This document shows positions 1 to 13,490 of a stretch of DNA of 64,000 bases, in pieces (positions within the stretch are counted from its first letter, which is position 1; each line of letters starts with the position of its first letter). The stretch is from contig JAQOWU010000007.1 in the NCBI GenBank assembly GCA_030867685.1, forward strand, positions 1,984,001 to 2,048,000, in the 5' to 3' direction. Source of the DNA: Wickerhamiella versatilis. Lineage: Eukaryota. The translations under genes and the position numbers were made by a program. Under the pieces are notes generated by a model. It searched no databases. It was given only the letters and a program-made list of their open reading frames with translations, and was not told the DNA's origin.

Positions 1-253
1 ACTGTGCCGAGACGGCACAAATACGTCTCTTATATAATGCGCATAGTTAACGCAAACGCTTAAATGGCATATATTGTACTCGAATCATTCTGTATCGCGT
101 AAGTGATACCAGTTGGTTGCGGTTGACACCTAGGATGCCTATCTCGCTGATTCTAGAAGGTCAATTTGACAACAAAGAAATAATAGGTAGTGTATTCGTC
201 TAATGTACAACTTAAAGCATATTTAAGCATATGAGAACTAGAGACCGTACTCT

Positions 254-2818
<2,565 letters not shown>

Positions 2819-3114
2819 TCATCACAATCTGTAAAATGATGTCAAAAGAACAACGATTTCGATAAAAAGAGAGTGCTCACGCTATAATAGCAAGAATAAC
2901 ATGAGAAATTTAGATAGTAATTGTATATTTAGGTATTAAAATGCATCGACACTGTCATGAGCATCTTGGTATCTAAAAGCCAAGCGGTATTCAGACACAC
3001 TAATTACTCCATAACAATATAACTTGTCACCACTGGTAGTGGCAAACTGCATTGCAATGATGTTGTTGGAAACTCCGACCTACCGGCTCCCACATCGCGA
3101 CCTTATTGGCCAGG

Positions 3115-4227
3115 ATGCTTATGCAATCTGTTCTCTCACAGAGCCAAGCTAGTATGTTCAAAGCTACTGGAATCCTCGGGCGCCGTCTTGCGCACACGAC
3201 CACTCAATACGGCGGGAAGTACACTGTTACTTTGATCCCTGGTGATGGTATTGGTGCGGAGACATCGCAGGCTGTCAAGACCATTTTTAAGGCAGACAAT
3301 GTACCTGTGGAATTCGAGCAGATCGATGTTACTGGCGAAGTGAAGGGCCCAGACTACCCTGCTGTATATTACGATGCCATTAACTCACTTAAGCGTAACA
3401 AGATTGGCCTGAAGGGTATCTTGTACACTCCAGTTGTGCGTACGGGCCACCCAAGTTTCAACGTACACATGCGGCAGACTCTAGACATTTTTGCATCTCT
3501 GAGTCTGTTTAAGAGTATCCCAGGTATTACGACTCGTCATCCTGATGTCGATTTCGCTATAGTGCGAGAAAACACCGAGGGTGAATACTCTGGTATGGAG
3601 CACAAGCCGAATGAGGACATCGTCGAGTCCTTGAAGATTATCACAGAGGCAAACAGTGAGCGCATTGCTCGTTTTGCTTTTGACTTCGCTACAGCCAACC
3701 ACCGATCTCTAGTAACAGCTATTCACAAGGCTAATATCATGAAGCAGAGTGACGGCCTGTTCCGAAATACTGTCAAGAGAATTGGTGAGGAATACGCTAA
3801 TGTCCAGGCTAATGATATGATTGTGGATAACGCTAGTATGCAGGCTGTTGGAAGGCCCCAGCAGTTCGACGTACTCGTGACCCCCAATCTTTACGGTACC
3901 ATTCTTTCTAACATCGGTGCTGCTTTGGTCGGTGGTCCTGGTGTCGTTCCTGGTGTGTCTTTGGGACGGGAGTATGCCGTTTTCGAGCCTGGTTGCCGCC
4001 ACGTCGGTCTCGACATTGCTGGCAACAACACGGCAAATCCCACGGCAATGATTCTATCCTCCGTAATGCTTTTGCGCCATCTGGGTCTGGATTACCATGC
4101 TGACCGCATCTCTGACGCTACATATGGTGTGCTTAAGGATGGTGAGATTCGCACAAAGGATATTGGCGGCACCGCGACTACGACCGAATTTACAAAGGCG
4201 ATTCTCAACAAGCTGGAGTCGGCCTAA
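3115..4227 (+). CDS. IDH1: Mitochondrial NAD-dependent isocitrate dehydrogenase, regulatory subunit 1
   Basis: YGGKYTVTLIPGDGIG, RENTEGEYSG, IHKANIMK, PNLYG and FEPGCRHVGLDI (Idh1-type). First ATG at 3115; 3121 or 3154 also possible. Confidence 0.93.
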   Translation: MLMQSVLSQSQASMFKATGILGRRLAHTTTQYGGKYTVTLIPGDGIGAETSQAVKTIFKADNVPVEFEQIDVTGEVKGPDYPAVYYDAINSLKRNKIGLKGILYTPVVRTGHPSFNVHMRQTLDIFASLSLFKSIPGITTRHPDVDFAIVRENTEGEYSGMEHKPNEDIVESLKIITEANSERIARFAFDFATANHRSLVTAIHKANIMKQSDGLFRNTVKRIGEEYANVQANDMIVDNASMQAVGRPQQFDVLVTPNLYGTILSNIGAALVGGPGVVPGVSLGREYAVFEPGCRHVGLDIAGNNTANPTAMILSSVMLLRHLGLDYHADRISDATYGVLKDGEIRTKDIGGTATTTEFTKAILNKLESA

Positions 4228-4418
4228 AATAGACTTAAATAGAGTATTCTTGCTTAAAATGGATGTTTAGGAGAGCGTCTTCGATGCCGAATATATGGAA
4301 TGGCGAGTGGCCATTGTGCTCACATCATTAAGAAATGTAATGATTTAAGGGATAAATTGGTGATATTTTTCTAAAACTTCGTCCCTACTAACACATTTTA
4401 TATAGACATTTGAGGCCA

Positions 4419-4763
4419 TCAGTATGCATCTGGCTGCTTCAGAATGTAGTCAACGGCCTGATTAACGGATTTGATCTCGTCGGCCTCATGGTCCGGCATT
4501 TCCACAAAAAACTCTTCCTCAATGTAAAACAAAGCATCTACAACATCGAGACTGTCAAGACCAAGGTCAGTGAAGGTGGCAGTTGGGGTTAATTTCGCCT
4601 GGTCAATTTTGTCGCAGTTTGACAATACGCCTAAAATGCGCTCCTGAACAAACTCCCTAGTAAGTGGTGGAGGACCCTCTGAATATGGGCGTACCATTTT
4701 TGGGATTTGTTGGGCGAACAAGGGACGACGAAGAGCAGTACGAGAAACAGCGAATCGCAGCAT
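4419..4763 (-). CDS. ACP1: Mitochondrial acyl carrier protein
   Basis: Arg-rich presequence and DLGLDSLD phosphopantetheine attachment motif. Confidence 0.93.
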   Translation of the reverse strand: MLRFAVSRTALRRPLFAQQIPKMVRPYSEGPPPLTREFVQERILGVLSNCDKIDQAKLTPTATFTDLGLDSLDVVDALFYIEEEFFVEMPDHEADEIKSVNQAVDYILKQPDAY

Positions 4764-5634
4764 CGATGTTCCGATTGCTGACTTTACAGTGACAAATCAA
4801 CTTGTCGGAGTCACCTGGGATCTACTTTAACCCGTTCGGATACTGTTGATGGCAATTGACTGTCAATCGTTGGTAAACTGTAAGGCAAAGGATTTATAAT
4901 TATAGTGAATGGAATTTCATTCAGTATAGTAAAAAAGTTAATCGCAGATAGCCCAAAAAATTTCACCTTATTCAAGGCATATATTGACAGGTATTTTATG
5001 CTATTTATCAATATATGTTCATGTTAAAATACATGATATTTTTTGCAGTAGGGTAACGACACTGCGATATTCTCAGGCTCCTTTGTTGTTTCGTTGTACT
5101 TAGATGACGAGAATAATTACTCGAGGTCCCCTAGTTATGGATACTTACTTAGCAGCACGGCCTTGATTACCCCACCACCGTCGCTAGTTTGTCATGGCAC
5201 TCACACTTTATGCCCATGCTAGCATAATGTTTTACAGTAACATGATAGTGTGAATGATTAAAAGGAACATATGAATGCCTAATTCATTATTCGGGTCATT
5301 TCCGTAAAATTAGAATTATATGACGTCTGAGGTGCAGCTATAACTAGCTATATGAGTGGAGTATCTTTGCTTGACATTACTAACGTAAAACATCGTCCTA
5401 TTACGGTAAGAGGTTGGTTGCGTTCCTAAAAGCCAAGGCGTATTTTGTTAATTTTGGTAAAGGGTAATTAATAGACTATTTGTCTGGTGTCAACCAGCAA
5501 GTTTTACTTCTCACTTTTGCACGGGTCAGTTATATTATTTTATGCATGTATGATCTGGGTGTCTAAGGGCTAAGGGTTATCCCGGCCACCCTTGTGCTAT
5601 TTGGCATTTGCCTCTGACCTCCGGTTTGCATTTT

Positions 5635-6624
5635 ATGGGCCACGAGAATCGGCCCACGATTCGACGGAAAGGCTCATTCGTTGACCTCATTGCAAGGATA
5701 AGACAGCCAGGCAATGTCCCCACTTTAGGAATCGGGTCAAAGGGCGACAACAACGTGAAGCCTACGAAAAGTGATGCAATTCCTAACAGTGCAAATGAAA
5801 TTAATGAAAGAAACACTGGAGAGCGAACTAGGCAACAGCCAAAGAGGCAGCATCAATTGCAGGCAGTAACCCAGACGACTGAGACAGGTTCATGGACCAT
5901 TTCGTCCAAACCACAAATCAAACCTGCAGGTCTCAGGCCTCCAAAGTCTTATGTACAACGTCAGTTACAAGATAAACAAAGATTGCCGTCAAATGAAGGT
6001 CGGGGCTCAAGTTCTTCCAGAATTCCCAATGGGCATCATGCTCTAGACGTATCTCACAAGGTTGTGGGTAAAGACAGTCAATCAAGATCGGAATTGAGTT
6101 TTTCTCCTGTGAGTTCGAATCGTCGTGGACTGGCGAATGTATCAAGCTCCTCAGCACATTCTCCTAGAGCAACTGGGACTCGGAACTCAATAGTGCCTTC
6201 CCCTGAAAGAGATATAAGTTATTCTAATTTTTATGTGAGTGAGCTGGAACAACTTGTTAAGACTCAGAAGCTTCAGAACGCAGAAATACTCCAACAAATG
6301 TCGGAAGAGCTTGATGCTGTAATTGCGTCTCGTGACACGCTGGTGACGCAGTTAGAGGTCATGAGAACTACTTATTCGACACAAGAGCAGCGCATAAATC
6401 GACTTGAGAAGCGTCTGCACCGTGCACTTCGTCAAAAAATGCATTTCGAGATAAAAATGCAGGACTTGCAGGTCAGATTCGAAGAAAAGCTTCTTGAGAA
6501 TGATGAGTTGAGAAGATCTCTTAGTAGAGCGCATCGCATATCCCCGTTCTCAGCAGCATCATCATTAGAGTCCGCAGGACTGAGCATACCACCTGACCCA
6601 AAGACGATAGCTGAGGCAGACTGA
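5635..6624 (+). CDS. Hypothetical protein, disordered N-half and coiled-coil C-half
   Basis: Open frame of about 330 codons from ATG 5635; heptad-like ELEQLVKTQK...LRRSL region. Confidence 0.7.
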   Translation: MGHENRPTIRRKGSFVDLIARIRQPGNVPTLGIGSKGDNNVKPTKSDAIPNSANEINERNTGERTRQQPKRQHQLQAVTQTTETGSWTISSKPQIKPAGLRPPKSYVQRQLQDKQRLPSNEGRGSSSSRIPNGHHALDVSHKVVGKDSQSRSELSFSPVSSNRRGLANVSSSSAHSPRATGTRNSIVPSPERDISYSNFYVSELEQLVKTQKLQNAEILQQMSEELDAVIASRDTLVTQLEVMRTTYSTQEQRINRLEKRLHRALRQKMHFEIKMQDLQVRFEEKLLENDELRRSLSRAHRISPFSAASSLESAGLSIPPDPKTIAEAD

Positions 6625-6823
6625 TGAGAGGTAACGTTCAAGTATTTTGCTTCAATTTGAACGGCCAGTAAATATTACAGTTTTTGTTTTCTCAAAAAGA
6701 ATCATTTATTTACAGTGTATCACCTAGAGGAGGATCAGAATGAATTTTACACAGGTTGCTACGAAAATAGAATCGAGGGCTGATTGGATAAAATACTAGA
6801 TCTACAATAGCATGAAATGCACT

Positions 6824-7999
6824 TTAGACATACTGCTGAGGCATCATGTATCTATATGGCATCATAGGAACGGGCATAGGTGCAGCTGGCACAGAAAACT
6901 GCTCCCTGTAGCTATTCTCGGATGTAGTTGGCCATGTTGGAGCCGTAGCGAACCCGCGCGGCGGCTTTTCATTTTTCTTAGCCAGTGCAGCAAAATAATC
7001 AAAATGACCAGAAACGGGCTTAATCTTATCAAGCTCAGTAGGCTGCTGGCCAACCTTACTTACTGGCACCGAAGGGATAGGTGAGTGAGCCGCAGAGGCA
7101 GGATAGAATGGTGAGGGTACAAAACGAGGAATAGCGGCTGGTCCAGGGGACGGGCTTGTGCCTGAAGACGATGGCGCAGCTCCCACAGTAGGCTTGAACG
7201 AGTGAGTTTTGGCTGCAGCCGCGGCGAAATTGAACTTCTGCTTGGGCTTTGGTTTCTGCTGGGATTCTGATGTAGTGTTCGCTTTTTCCTCTTTCCGAGC
7301 TTTCCCTTCAACATTAGTTGTACCATCTGCTGAAGCAGGGCTGGATTTTTTGTGAGACTCCGAGAACTTCTTGTAGTCCGTAATACGGTCCCTTCTTTCC
7401 TGATCCTGAATCTGCCCACTGCGCTGCTGAGCAGCCTGCGCTGCTTGCGATGCAAAGTTTGCCAAATTATTTGAGCGCTGGACACCGCTATACTTATCCT
7501 CCTCATCCATGCCAGAATCATCGACTAGCTGACCTCTCTCTTCCGCCAGGTGAGAGTTATTAGTCGGGGCTTGTCCCTCTATTTCAGCAGCTATTTGATC
7601 AGCACGGCGTTGGACTTCAGTGTAATCAGGACGTGAACGATCAATTGCAGTCGTATACAGCAGTTCATCGTATGTAGATTCCACGCCAAACTTTTCCTGG
7701 TTTGCCTTGAACTGATCCCAATGACCCTGAGGGGTTGATTCCTCTAGAGACAAACCAGGTCCATCCGCATCAGGATCGACCCACCGCTCGAGTGGTCGTC
7801 CTTTTACATCCTGAGCACCACGGCTGATATCTGTGTCGGTTCGGAACCCACTAGAACCAGAGGGACCAGCGGGGGGTGCACCCCCGGTGCCAGATGATCT
7901 TCCTCCTCCTCCACCAGACCGTCCAGAGCCCCATCCACGGCCGCGACGCCCTCCTCGCGGTCCTGGTGGGCCCTGACGTGCTTGTCCCTTGGTGTTCAT
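6824..7999 (-). CDS. PBP1: Ataxin-2-like PAB1-binding protein (LsmAD domain)
   Basis: FRTDTDIS, WDQFKANQEKFGVESTYDELLYTT, HLAEERG and DEEDKYSGVQR LsmAD motifs. Confidence 0.88.
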   Translation of the reverse strand: MNTKGQARQGPPGPRGGRRGRGWGSGRSGGGGGRSSGTGGAPPAGPSGSSGFRTDTDISRGAQDVKGRPLERWVDPDADGPGLSLEESTPQGHWDQFKANQEKFGVESTYDELLYTTAIDRSRPDYTEVQRRADQIAAEIEGQAPTNNSHLAEERGQLVDDSGMDEEDKYSGVQRSNNLANFASQAAQAAQQRSGQIQDQERRDRITDYKKFSESHKKSSPASADGTTNVEGKARKEEKANTTSESQQKPKPKQKFNFAAAAAKTHSFKPTVGAAPSSSGTSPSPGPAAIPRFVPSPFYPASAAHSPIPSVPVSKVGQQPTELDKIKPVSGHFDYFAALAKKNEKPPRGFATAPTWPTTSENSYREQFSVPAAPMPVPMMPYRYMMPQQYV

Positions 8000-8792
8000 T
8001 CTCGCTTACCTAAACAAGACCCTGCTGAACTCTATAAGCGCTTATCGAGCAATTCTTATTTGTTCGAGCCAAGGAGAGCTCTCGTAGACGTGACTAGTTG
8101 TCAGTTTCTGTCCCGACAATTCATTATCAGCAGAGCTGGAGTCCAGTGGGCTATCTTGCATTGTCCAACCATTTTGGATAACAAGCTAGTATCTGTGCTT
8201 AGAGGTCATCCATTAATGGACAGACTTCCGGTATAGCATGATCTAGAGGGGTTTGCTTTTGTCACCTCGTTCCCCGCAGCATATTTTCCCGCTGTATAAA
8301 AAATGCGAGTGACCAGGCTCTGCTGCGGCTACTAACGATGGGGCATTGCCTAGCACTCTGCGGGGCCTTTGGTTAAAGGAAGGAAAACTCTTCTATTACA
8401 GTAGGGATAATATTCAACCATATGTTTTCTTCCGCCTTCTTTTTGGCTCCCTTATAAAGAACCATTCCGTAAGTATCGACCCACATTGTTCTACGTTAAC
8501 GTGGAAAGCTAACTTATCAACCTCTATTTATCAAAAGAAAACTTTGCAAATACCACTTCGCTGGAACTTTTTTGCATATATCTGGCCGACTACTGTTTTC
8601 CAACTAATCTCATCTCATTCTGAATCGAATCAGAAATCATAAACGACCTGGGATGTTTTAAGTCTCTATTTAAGATAGCGCAGTATATTAAAAGGTAATT
8701 TAAAATTAAAAGAAGTCTACATAGATTGACTCTGTGTTGAACGTTATGGTCCATCTATTCACACACAAGGCTTACTCACGATTATCAGACGA

Positions 8793-9062
8793 ATGTCGGA
8801 GAAGACAAGCCCGCCTGCACCCACGAGGCCGGATATCCCACAGCGAGTTGTGAAAAAGTTGTTGCTATTTTCACTAGCTATGGTAGTCCTACCCCTTCTC
8901 TCATTTTTTGTCGTACGCGGAATAGGCGCAAGCGCTGTGTGGTCTGGTGGAGCAGCTGCTTTAGTTGCTAACTTGGTACTTGTTGGTTATGTGATCGTTG
9001 CTTTCACTGAGGATCTCAGTGAGCTTAACGAGCCAGATCTCAAGTCAAAGAAAGAGAATTGA
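8793..9062 (+). CDS. VMA21: V-ATPase assembly integral membrane protein
   Basis: VVKKLLLFSLAMVVLPL, two TM helices, YVIVAFTED and C-terminal KKEN ER-retrieval signal. Confidence 0.9.
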   Translation: MSEKTSPPAPTRPDIPQRVVKKLLLFSLAMVVLPLLSFFVVRGIGASAVWSGGAAALVANLVLVGYVIVAFTEDLSELNEPDLKSKKEN

Positions 9063-9160
9063 TTTATCGATATAACTAAAAAAAGGGTTGTTTTCAAGAT
9101 TTTGAAAGTTTCTATGAAAGTCAGTGCACCCTTCGGTATATGCTAATATTAAGAAAAGAA

Positions 9161-10888
9161 CTATGTAGATTTCTCGCTTAATTTTCGCTTCTTCTTGCGA
9201 AGAGAGTCTTCCCGAGACTGGCGTTTGTCAATGCCGTGTTGCATACGCCCATAGAGCTTGCGTTGCTTTTTCGTCATCATCATCTTGCGTAGCTCCTTCT
9301 CTTCATCAGGTTTCTGCACTTTCTTAGATTGACTGCGTTTCTTCTCAGATGGCTTGCGACCCGCAGCCTCCGCAGCTATTTCCTTCTGCCGTTCCGTTTC
9401 TGAATCCTCCTCTTCCTCCTCATCGTCTTCAACCTCGTCTTCTACCTTATCCCCTTCTATCTCGTCCTTTTCGTCATGCTCAGACTCTTGCAGCTCGTCA
9501 GCATCAGCAGCCTTCTCCTCCTCAGGATCGTAGCTACCGCGGTCTCCCCAAGGACTTAAGTGGGGAGGAAGGGGTTTTCCAGCGGCGTAATCGTCAACCG
9601 AAACCAGTTTACCTTGATTGATCGAATCAAACAACCACTGAGGCTGCACGTAAATGCGACTAGGCACTTTTTGTGTGAGAGCTGGACGATCGGTAATTTG
9701 ATGAGTTACTGCATCCATATCAGGGGTACCAGAGTCGTCTTCATCCAAGGCACTCTCGGAAATAAGCTTACCCCCTTGGCTAAGAATACAGAACTCAACG
9801 ATATCCAGGGGAACTTCTCGGCCCACGAAGAAGACGAGGCCACTGAATAGTAAATCCTCGCCTTTATTCGAAGGCTGAGCGAGGATGTCACCATCATTGT
9901 TTTCGGCCTCAAACTCATCCAGTGTAGCGTCATTATTTGCCTCTTTATCATCGGCTTCATCCTCAACGTTTTCACCCTCTGCGTTTGCATCGGCCTCACG
10001 AGCACGATCAAGCTGAACTTTGACATCTTGAACACGTCCACCATCGTTATCATTTTTATTGGCCATTGCAGCCTTCAATTTAGGCTGGCTGTCGAGAATA
10101 TAGGCGCTTATTCCTCCTACTCCGTTGGCTCTATTTTGCTTGATGGGTGGTGGATAAACAAGACCTTTTTCCGTGTATAGTCTATATAGCACGAAATGGA
10201 GCAAGGTAGTGTAAAACTCAAGGAAAGTTAACATGATACGGAAATCAATGTCGCTCGGAATGTTCTGAGGGAAATTGAATGGAACCACCCATATGATCTC
10301 CTGTCCGCGGATATTTGCAGAGTAATATACTCCCTTAATTGATACGAAAACTTTTCGCAGCAGGTGTTCACGAGCAACATAGGCCATCCATTCTGTAGAA
10401 AGGCGTTCAGCGTCTTCGGTGATTCGTGACGACACCTTGTCCGTGGCAGGCATCCGGGCAAATAGGAATAGGGTGCTAAGGGCATCATCGAGATCACCAA
10501 GCGCATCAGAGAATGTCGGATAGCGCTCCTTCACAATGTGATCAAGTGTGTAACTCGGTCGGTTGTCATCCAGCCTTTTTGCATCACCAATATCTCCTCT
10601 ACCTATCAAGCGGGTGAGCTTTCGTGCAAAAACCTTCTGATCCCTGAACTTCTGTAGAATGGGCTCATACATCAAAAACTTGATATCCTTCAGGTAATAA
10701 GCGGTCACTTGTCTAGTTGACCCGTTGGTTACCTTCTTCTTTGATTTACCGGTTAGCTCCCGAGGGTAGATACCCTTTAAAATGCAGAGCCTCCGGAAAT
10801 CTGAAAGGCTTACCTGAAGGTACCTTACTGCTTGTGTACGGGTAACAAACGCACCAGTGCGCTCTTTCTTTGTATTTGTCTTCACCAT
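9161..10888 (-). CDS. NOP7: Pescadillo homolog, 60S biogenesis
   Basis: FRRLCILKGIYPRE, KERYPTF, BRCT domain (QPQWLFDSIN) and LPPHLSPW. Confidence 0.95.
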   Translation of the reverse strand: MVKTNTKKERTGAFVTRTQAVRYLQVSLSDFRRLCILKGIYPRELTGKSKKKVTNGSTRQVTAYYLKDIKFLMYEPILQKFRDQKVFARKLTRLIGRGDIGDAKRLDDNRPSYTLDHIVKERYPTFSDALGDLDDALSTLFLFARMPATDKVSSRITEDAERLSTEWMAYVAREHLLRKVFVSIKGVYYSANIRGQEIIWVVPFNFPQNIPSDIDFRIMLTFLEFYTTLLHFVLYRLYTEKGLVYPPPIKQNRANGVGGISAYILDSQPKLKAAMANKNDNDGGRVQDVKVQLDRAREADANAEGENVEDEADDKEANNDATLDEFEAENNDGDILAQPSNKGEDLLFSGLVFFVGREVPLDIVEFCILSQGGKLISESALDEDDSGTPDMDAVTHQITDRPALTQKVPSRIYVQPQWLFDSINQGKLVSVDDYAAGKPLPPHLSPWGDRGSYDPEEEKAADADELQESEHDEKDEIEGDKVEDEVEDDEEEEEDSETERQKEIAAEAAGRKPSEKKRSQSKKVQKPDEEKELRKMMMTKKQRKLYGRMQHGIDKRQSREDSLRKKKRKLSEKST

Positions 10889-10964
10889 AGATGTACCCGA
10901 GGATTTTTAGATTACAAAATCTTTTTTATGTTCCCATAGGTTTGTCATCAGGACATCATGAGAG

Positions 10965-11903
10965 ATGGATTCTTTTCTATCTGCAGGGAACCTTGATGGG
11001 TGCCTTGAACGCGTTAAGCGTAAGGAACTACTTCCTGAGCCTGTGGTTGCTGCTTTGTGTCACTCACTAAAAGAAATCTTGGCGAAGGAACCGAATGTCA
11101 TTCATATCTCTGCCCCCGTGACGGTAGTTGGCGACATCCATGGGCAATTTTATGATCTTCTAGAAATATTCCTCGTAGGGGGAGCCTGTCCCGACACGAA
11201 TTATCTTTTTCTTGGTGATTATGTCGACAGAGGCTTATATAGTGTTGAGACTATAACCCTTCTGGTCGTACTCAAACTACGATATCCTTCGCGAATATGG
11301 TTGCTGCGTGGTAACCATGAGTCCCGGGGCATCACCCAGAGCTACGGATTTTATACAGAGTGCACACGTAAATACGGATCGGTCCGTGTTTGGACTTTAT
11401 TCACAGATCTATTTGACTACCTGAGCCTCAGTGTAGTCATAGATAATTCTATATTTTGCATACATGGCGGTTTAAGCCCATCAATCCAATCAGTTGATCA
11501 ATTGTCATCCATTGATCGGTTCATGGAAATTCCGCATGAAGGGCCAATGGCAGACATTGTTTGGAGTGATCCTGATGAGTCCAGGCCTCAGTTTGGTGTA
11601 AGTTCACGTGGGGCAGGATATACGTTTGGGGAGGATATTGTGAGGTACTTCCTCGAGCGCAATAAGTTCGATCATATTTTGAGGGCCCACCAGCTGTGCC
11701 AGCGTGGATATGAAGTGCTGTTTGGTGGTCGATTGAGTACCGTATGGTCTGCACCTAACTATTGCTATCGGTGTGGTAATTTGGCATCTGTGCTTGAAGT
11801 CTATGGAAACGGACAAGTACGATTTAATGTTTTCGATGCCTCTCCTGATAATGAACATAATACTGTTGATACGGATGCAGTGGTTGCCGATTACTTCTTA
11901 TAA
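10965..11903 (+). CDS. PPG1: PP2A-like Ser/Thr protein phosphatase
   Basis: GDIHGQ, GDYVDRG, RGNHESR, ITQSYGFYTEC (Ppg1-type), SAPNYCYRCGN and C-terminal DYFL. Confidence 0.85.
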   Translation: MDSFLSAGNLDGCLERVKRKELLPEPVVAALCHSLKEILAKEPNVIHISAPVTVVGDIHGQFYDLLEIFLVGGACPDTNYLFLGDYVDRGLYSVETITLLVVLKLRYPSRIWLLRGNHESRGITQSYGFYTECTRKYGSVRVWTLFTDLFDYLSLSVVIDNSIFCIHGGLSPSIQSVDQLSSIDRFMEIPHEGPMADIVWSDPDESRPQFGVSSRGAGYTFGEDIVRYFLERNKFDHILRAHQLCQRGYEVLFGGRLSTVWSAPNYCYRCGNLASVLEVYGNGQVRFNVFDASPDNEHNTVDTDAVVADYFL

Positions 11904-12035
11904 CAATAATCCAAATGAACTAAGTCTAATTGTTATGTATAAGGCTCAATAGTGGGTAATTGATATTGATGGCAGATCCATATGTGCTTACCCAAGCTAT
12001 GATGTTATCCTTTTAGGCTACTCTTGGTCACGGGA

Positions 12036-12383
12036 ATGGCTCCCGATGGCAATTATGTTGGGGGTAAAGAGGAGCTCAAATTGGCTGTAAAACAATTTGA
12101 GGACGGTATAAAAGATTTGGATGATCAGTATGGTATATTTTCCCAAGGAAGTCGTCTCACAAAAATAGAAACTAAGCGGCTCGTCGCCATAACCGATGCA
12201 GTCGCTTCTATGCTACACAAGCAGGTGGATGCATTAGATTTGGACTCCAATCAACTTGTTGATGTCATCAAACAGCAAAGATTAGACTTTGAGCTATGGG
12301 CTGAGAAATTGGGTTGGATATATCGTGAGGATGAGGGTAGTGATGACAAGGGTGGAGATTGCTCCAACCGTATGACAGACTGA
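12036..12383 (+). CDS. Small hypothetical helical protein
   Basis: 115-codon ORF from ATG 12036 filling the gap between PPG1 and NPC2; protein-like composition. Confidence 0.5.
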   Translation: MAPDGNYVGGKEELKLAVKQFEDGIKDLDDQYGIFSQGSRLTKIETKRLVAITDAVASMLHKQVDALDLDSNQLVDVIKQQRLDFELWAEKLGWIYREDEGSDDKGGDCSNRMTD

Positions 12384-12505
12384 CGAGAATATTAGTCGCA
12401 AATTATCGAGACACCAGGCTCATATCTAGCAACTCCTGCTCATAGCTGGTTTTTCTTCTGTCAACACAAATTATTTGAAGTCTATTAGATAGAGTAAGTC
12501 TAGCT

Positions 12506-13054
12506 CTATTCAAATTCTACATCAGCATTAAGACATGTAAGTAAATCATCACCAACAGTATAAGCCTCTGCGTGGATACTATACTCGCCAGGAGGTATCC
12601 CATCAGGAATTTCAACTTCGCGGGTCACCGAGATAAATCCCTTACTTACAGGGCACTCCATATCAACTTCTGGGAGCACCTCACAGAGGTCGTAAGTCTG
12701 CCGTACCAGGGTAATGAAACCATAGCTCACAACAACGTCGACATAAGCACCATCGATAACATCCTCCTTCAGAACACCACTTGCAGTTATTGTGAGATTT
12801 TGGCCTGGTACCGGTGGATTTGGCTCCAAAACAACACTATTGATGTCAAGAATGTGAGGTTCATCCAAAGCACATAACTCAATCGGCGAATTACCAGGAA
12901 TCTTGCCCTCATCAGTCTTGCTCATTAGAGGAGACTGATGCCCAATTGGTAAATGTTTGGCGATAGAAAGCATGGAGCGCTCCATATATGGCGCGTAAGC
13001 TGACCAGGACAACGCTATGAAGCTTGAGAGCGCCGCCAGTATTGACAAGTACAT
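12506..13054 (-). CDS. NPC2: ML-domain sterol/phospholipid transfer protein
   Basis: Signal peptide, IPGNSPIELC, PNPPVPGQNLTI, DLCE...CPV, IPPGEY and LTCL; ATG 13102 is an alternative start. Confidence 0.88.
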   Translation of the reverse strand: MYLSILAALSSFIALSWSAYAPYMERSMLSIAKHLPIGHQSPLMSKTDEGKIPGNSPIELCALDEPHILDINSVVLEPNPPVPGQNLTITASGVLKEDVIDGAYVDVVVSYGFITLVRQTYDLCEVLPEVDMECPVSKGFISVTREVEIPDGIPPGEYSIHAEAYTVGDDLLTCLNADVEFE

Positions 13055-13490
13055 CAGGAACAATCTAGTGGCGGTGGTGGTGGGTTGTGTTACATAAGCC
13101 ATTAGCAAGGTATGTTGCACTTCAATGAAACGCACCGTGCCTGCTAGTCACTGATGGCCTTTTTGTGAAACTCTTGCATAGTTATCAAACTTTATATAGG
13201 ATTAGTTTCAAGGTTGGTCTGCTTGTAGAAATTGAATTGGGGCTAGGGATAGTGACACTGTAAATTGCAGGTGGAGATGGCATTGAATCATCGCCCAGGC
13301 TCAATGGCAGTGGAGTATCGAAAATGCATCCATAATAATACAGATAATTCATTAGCCGGGATATATTCTAGGTAGTAAACACGACGTTGCTCCCAATCAA
13401 AATCTTAAGCTTGTCCAAAGTTTGATTCATATGAATGACGACCAAGTACTTAACGCAGCAGTCTGCTTCCCAAAGTGAGGAAAGTTTCTC

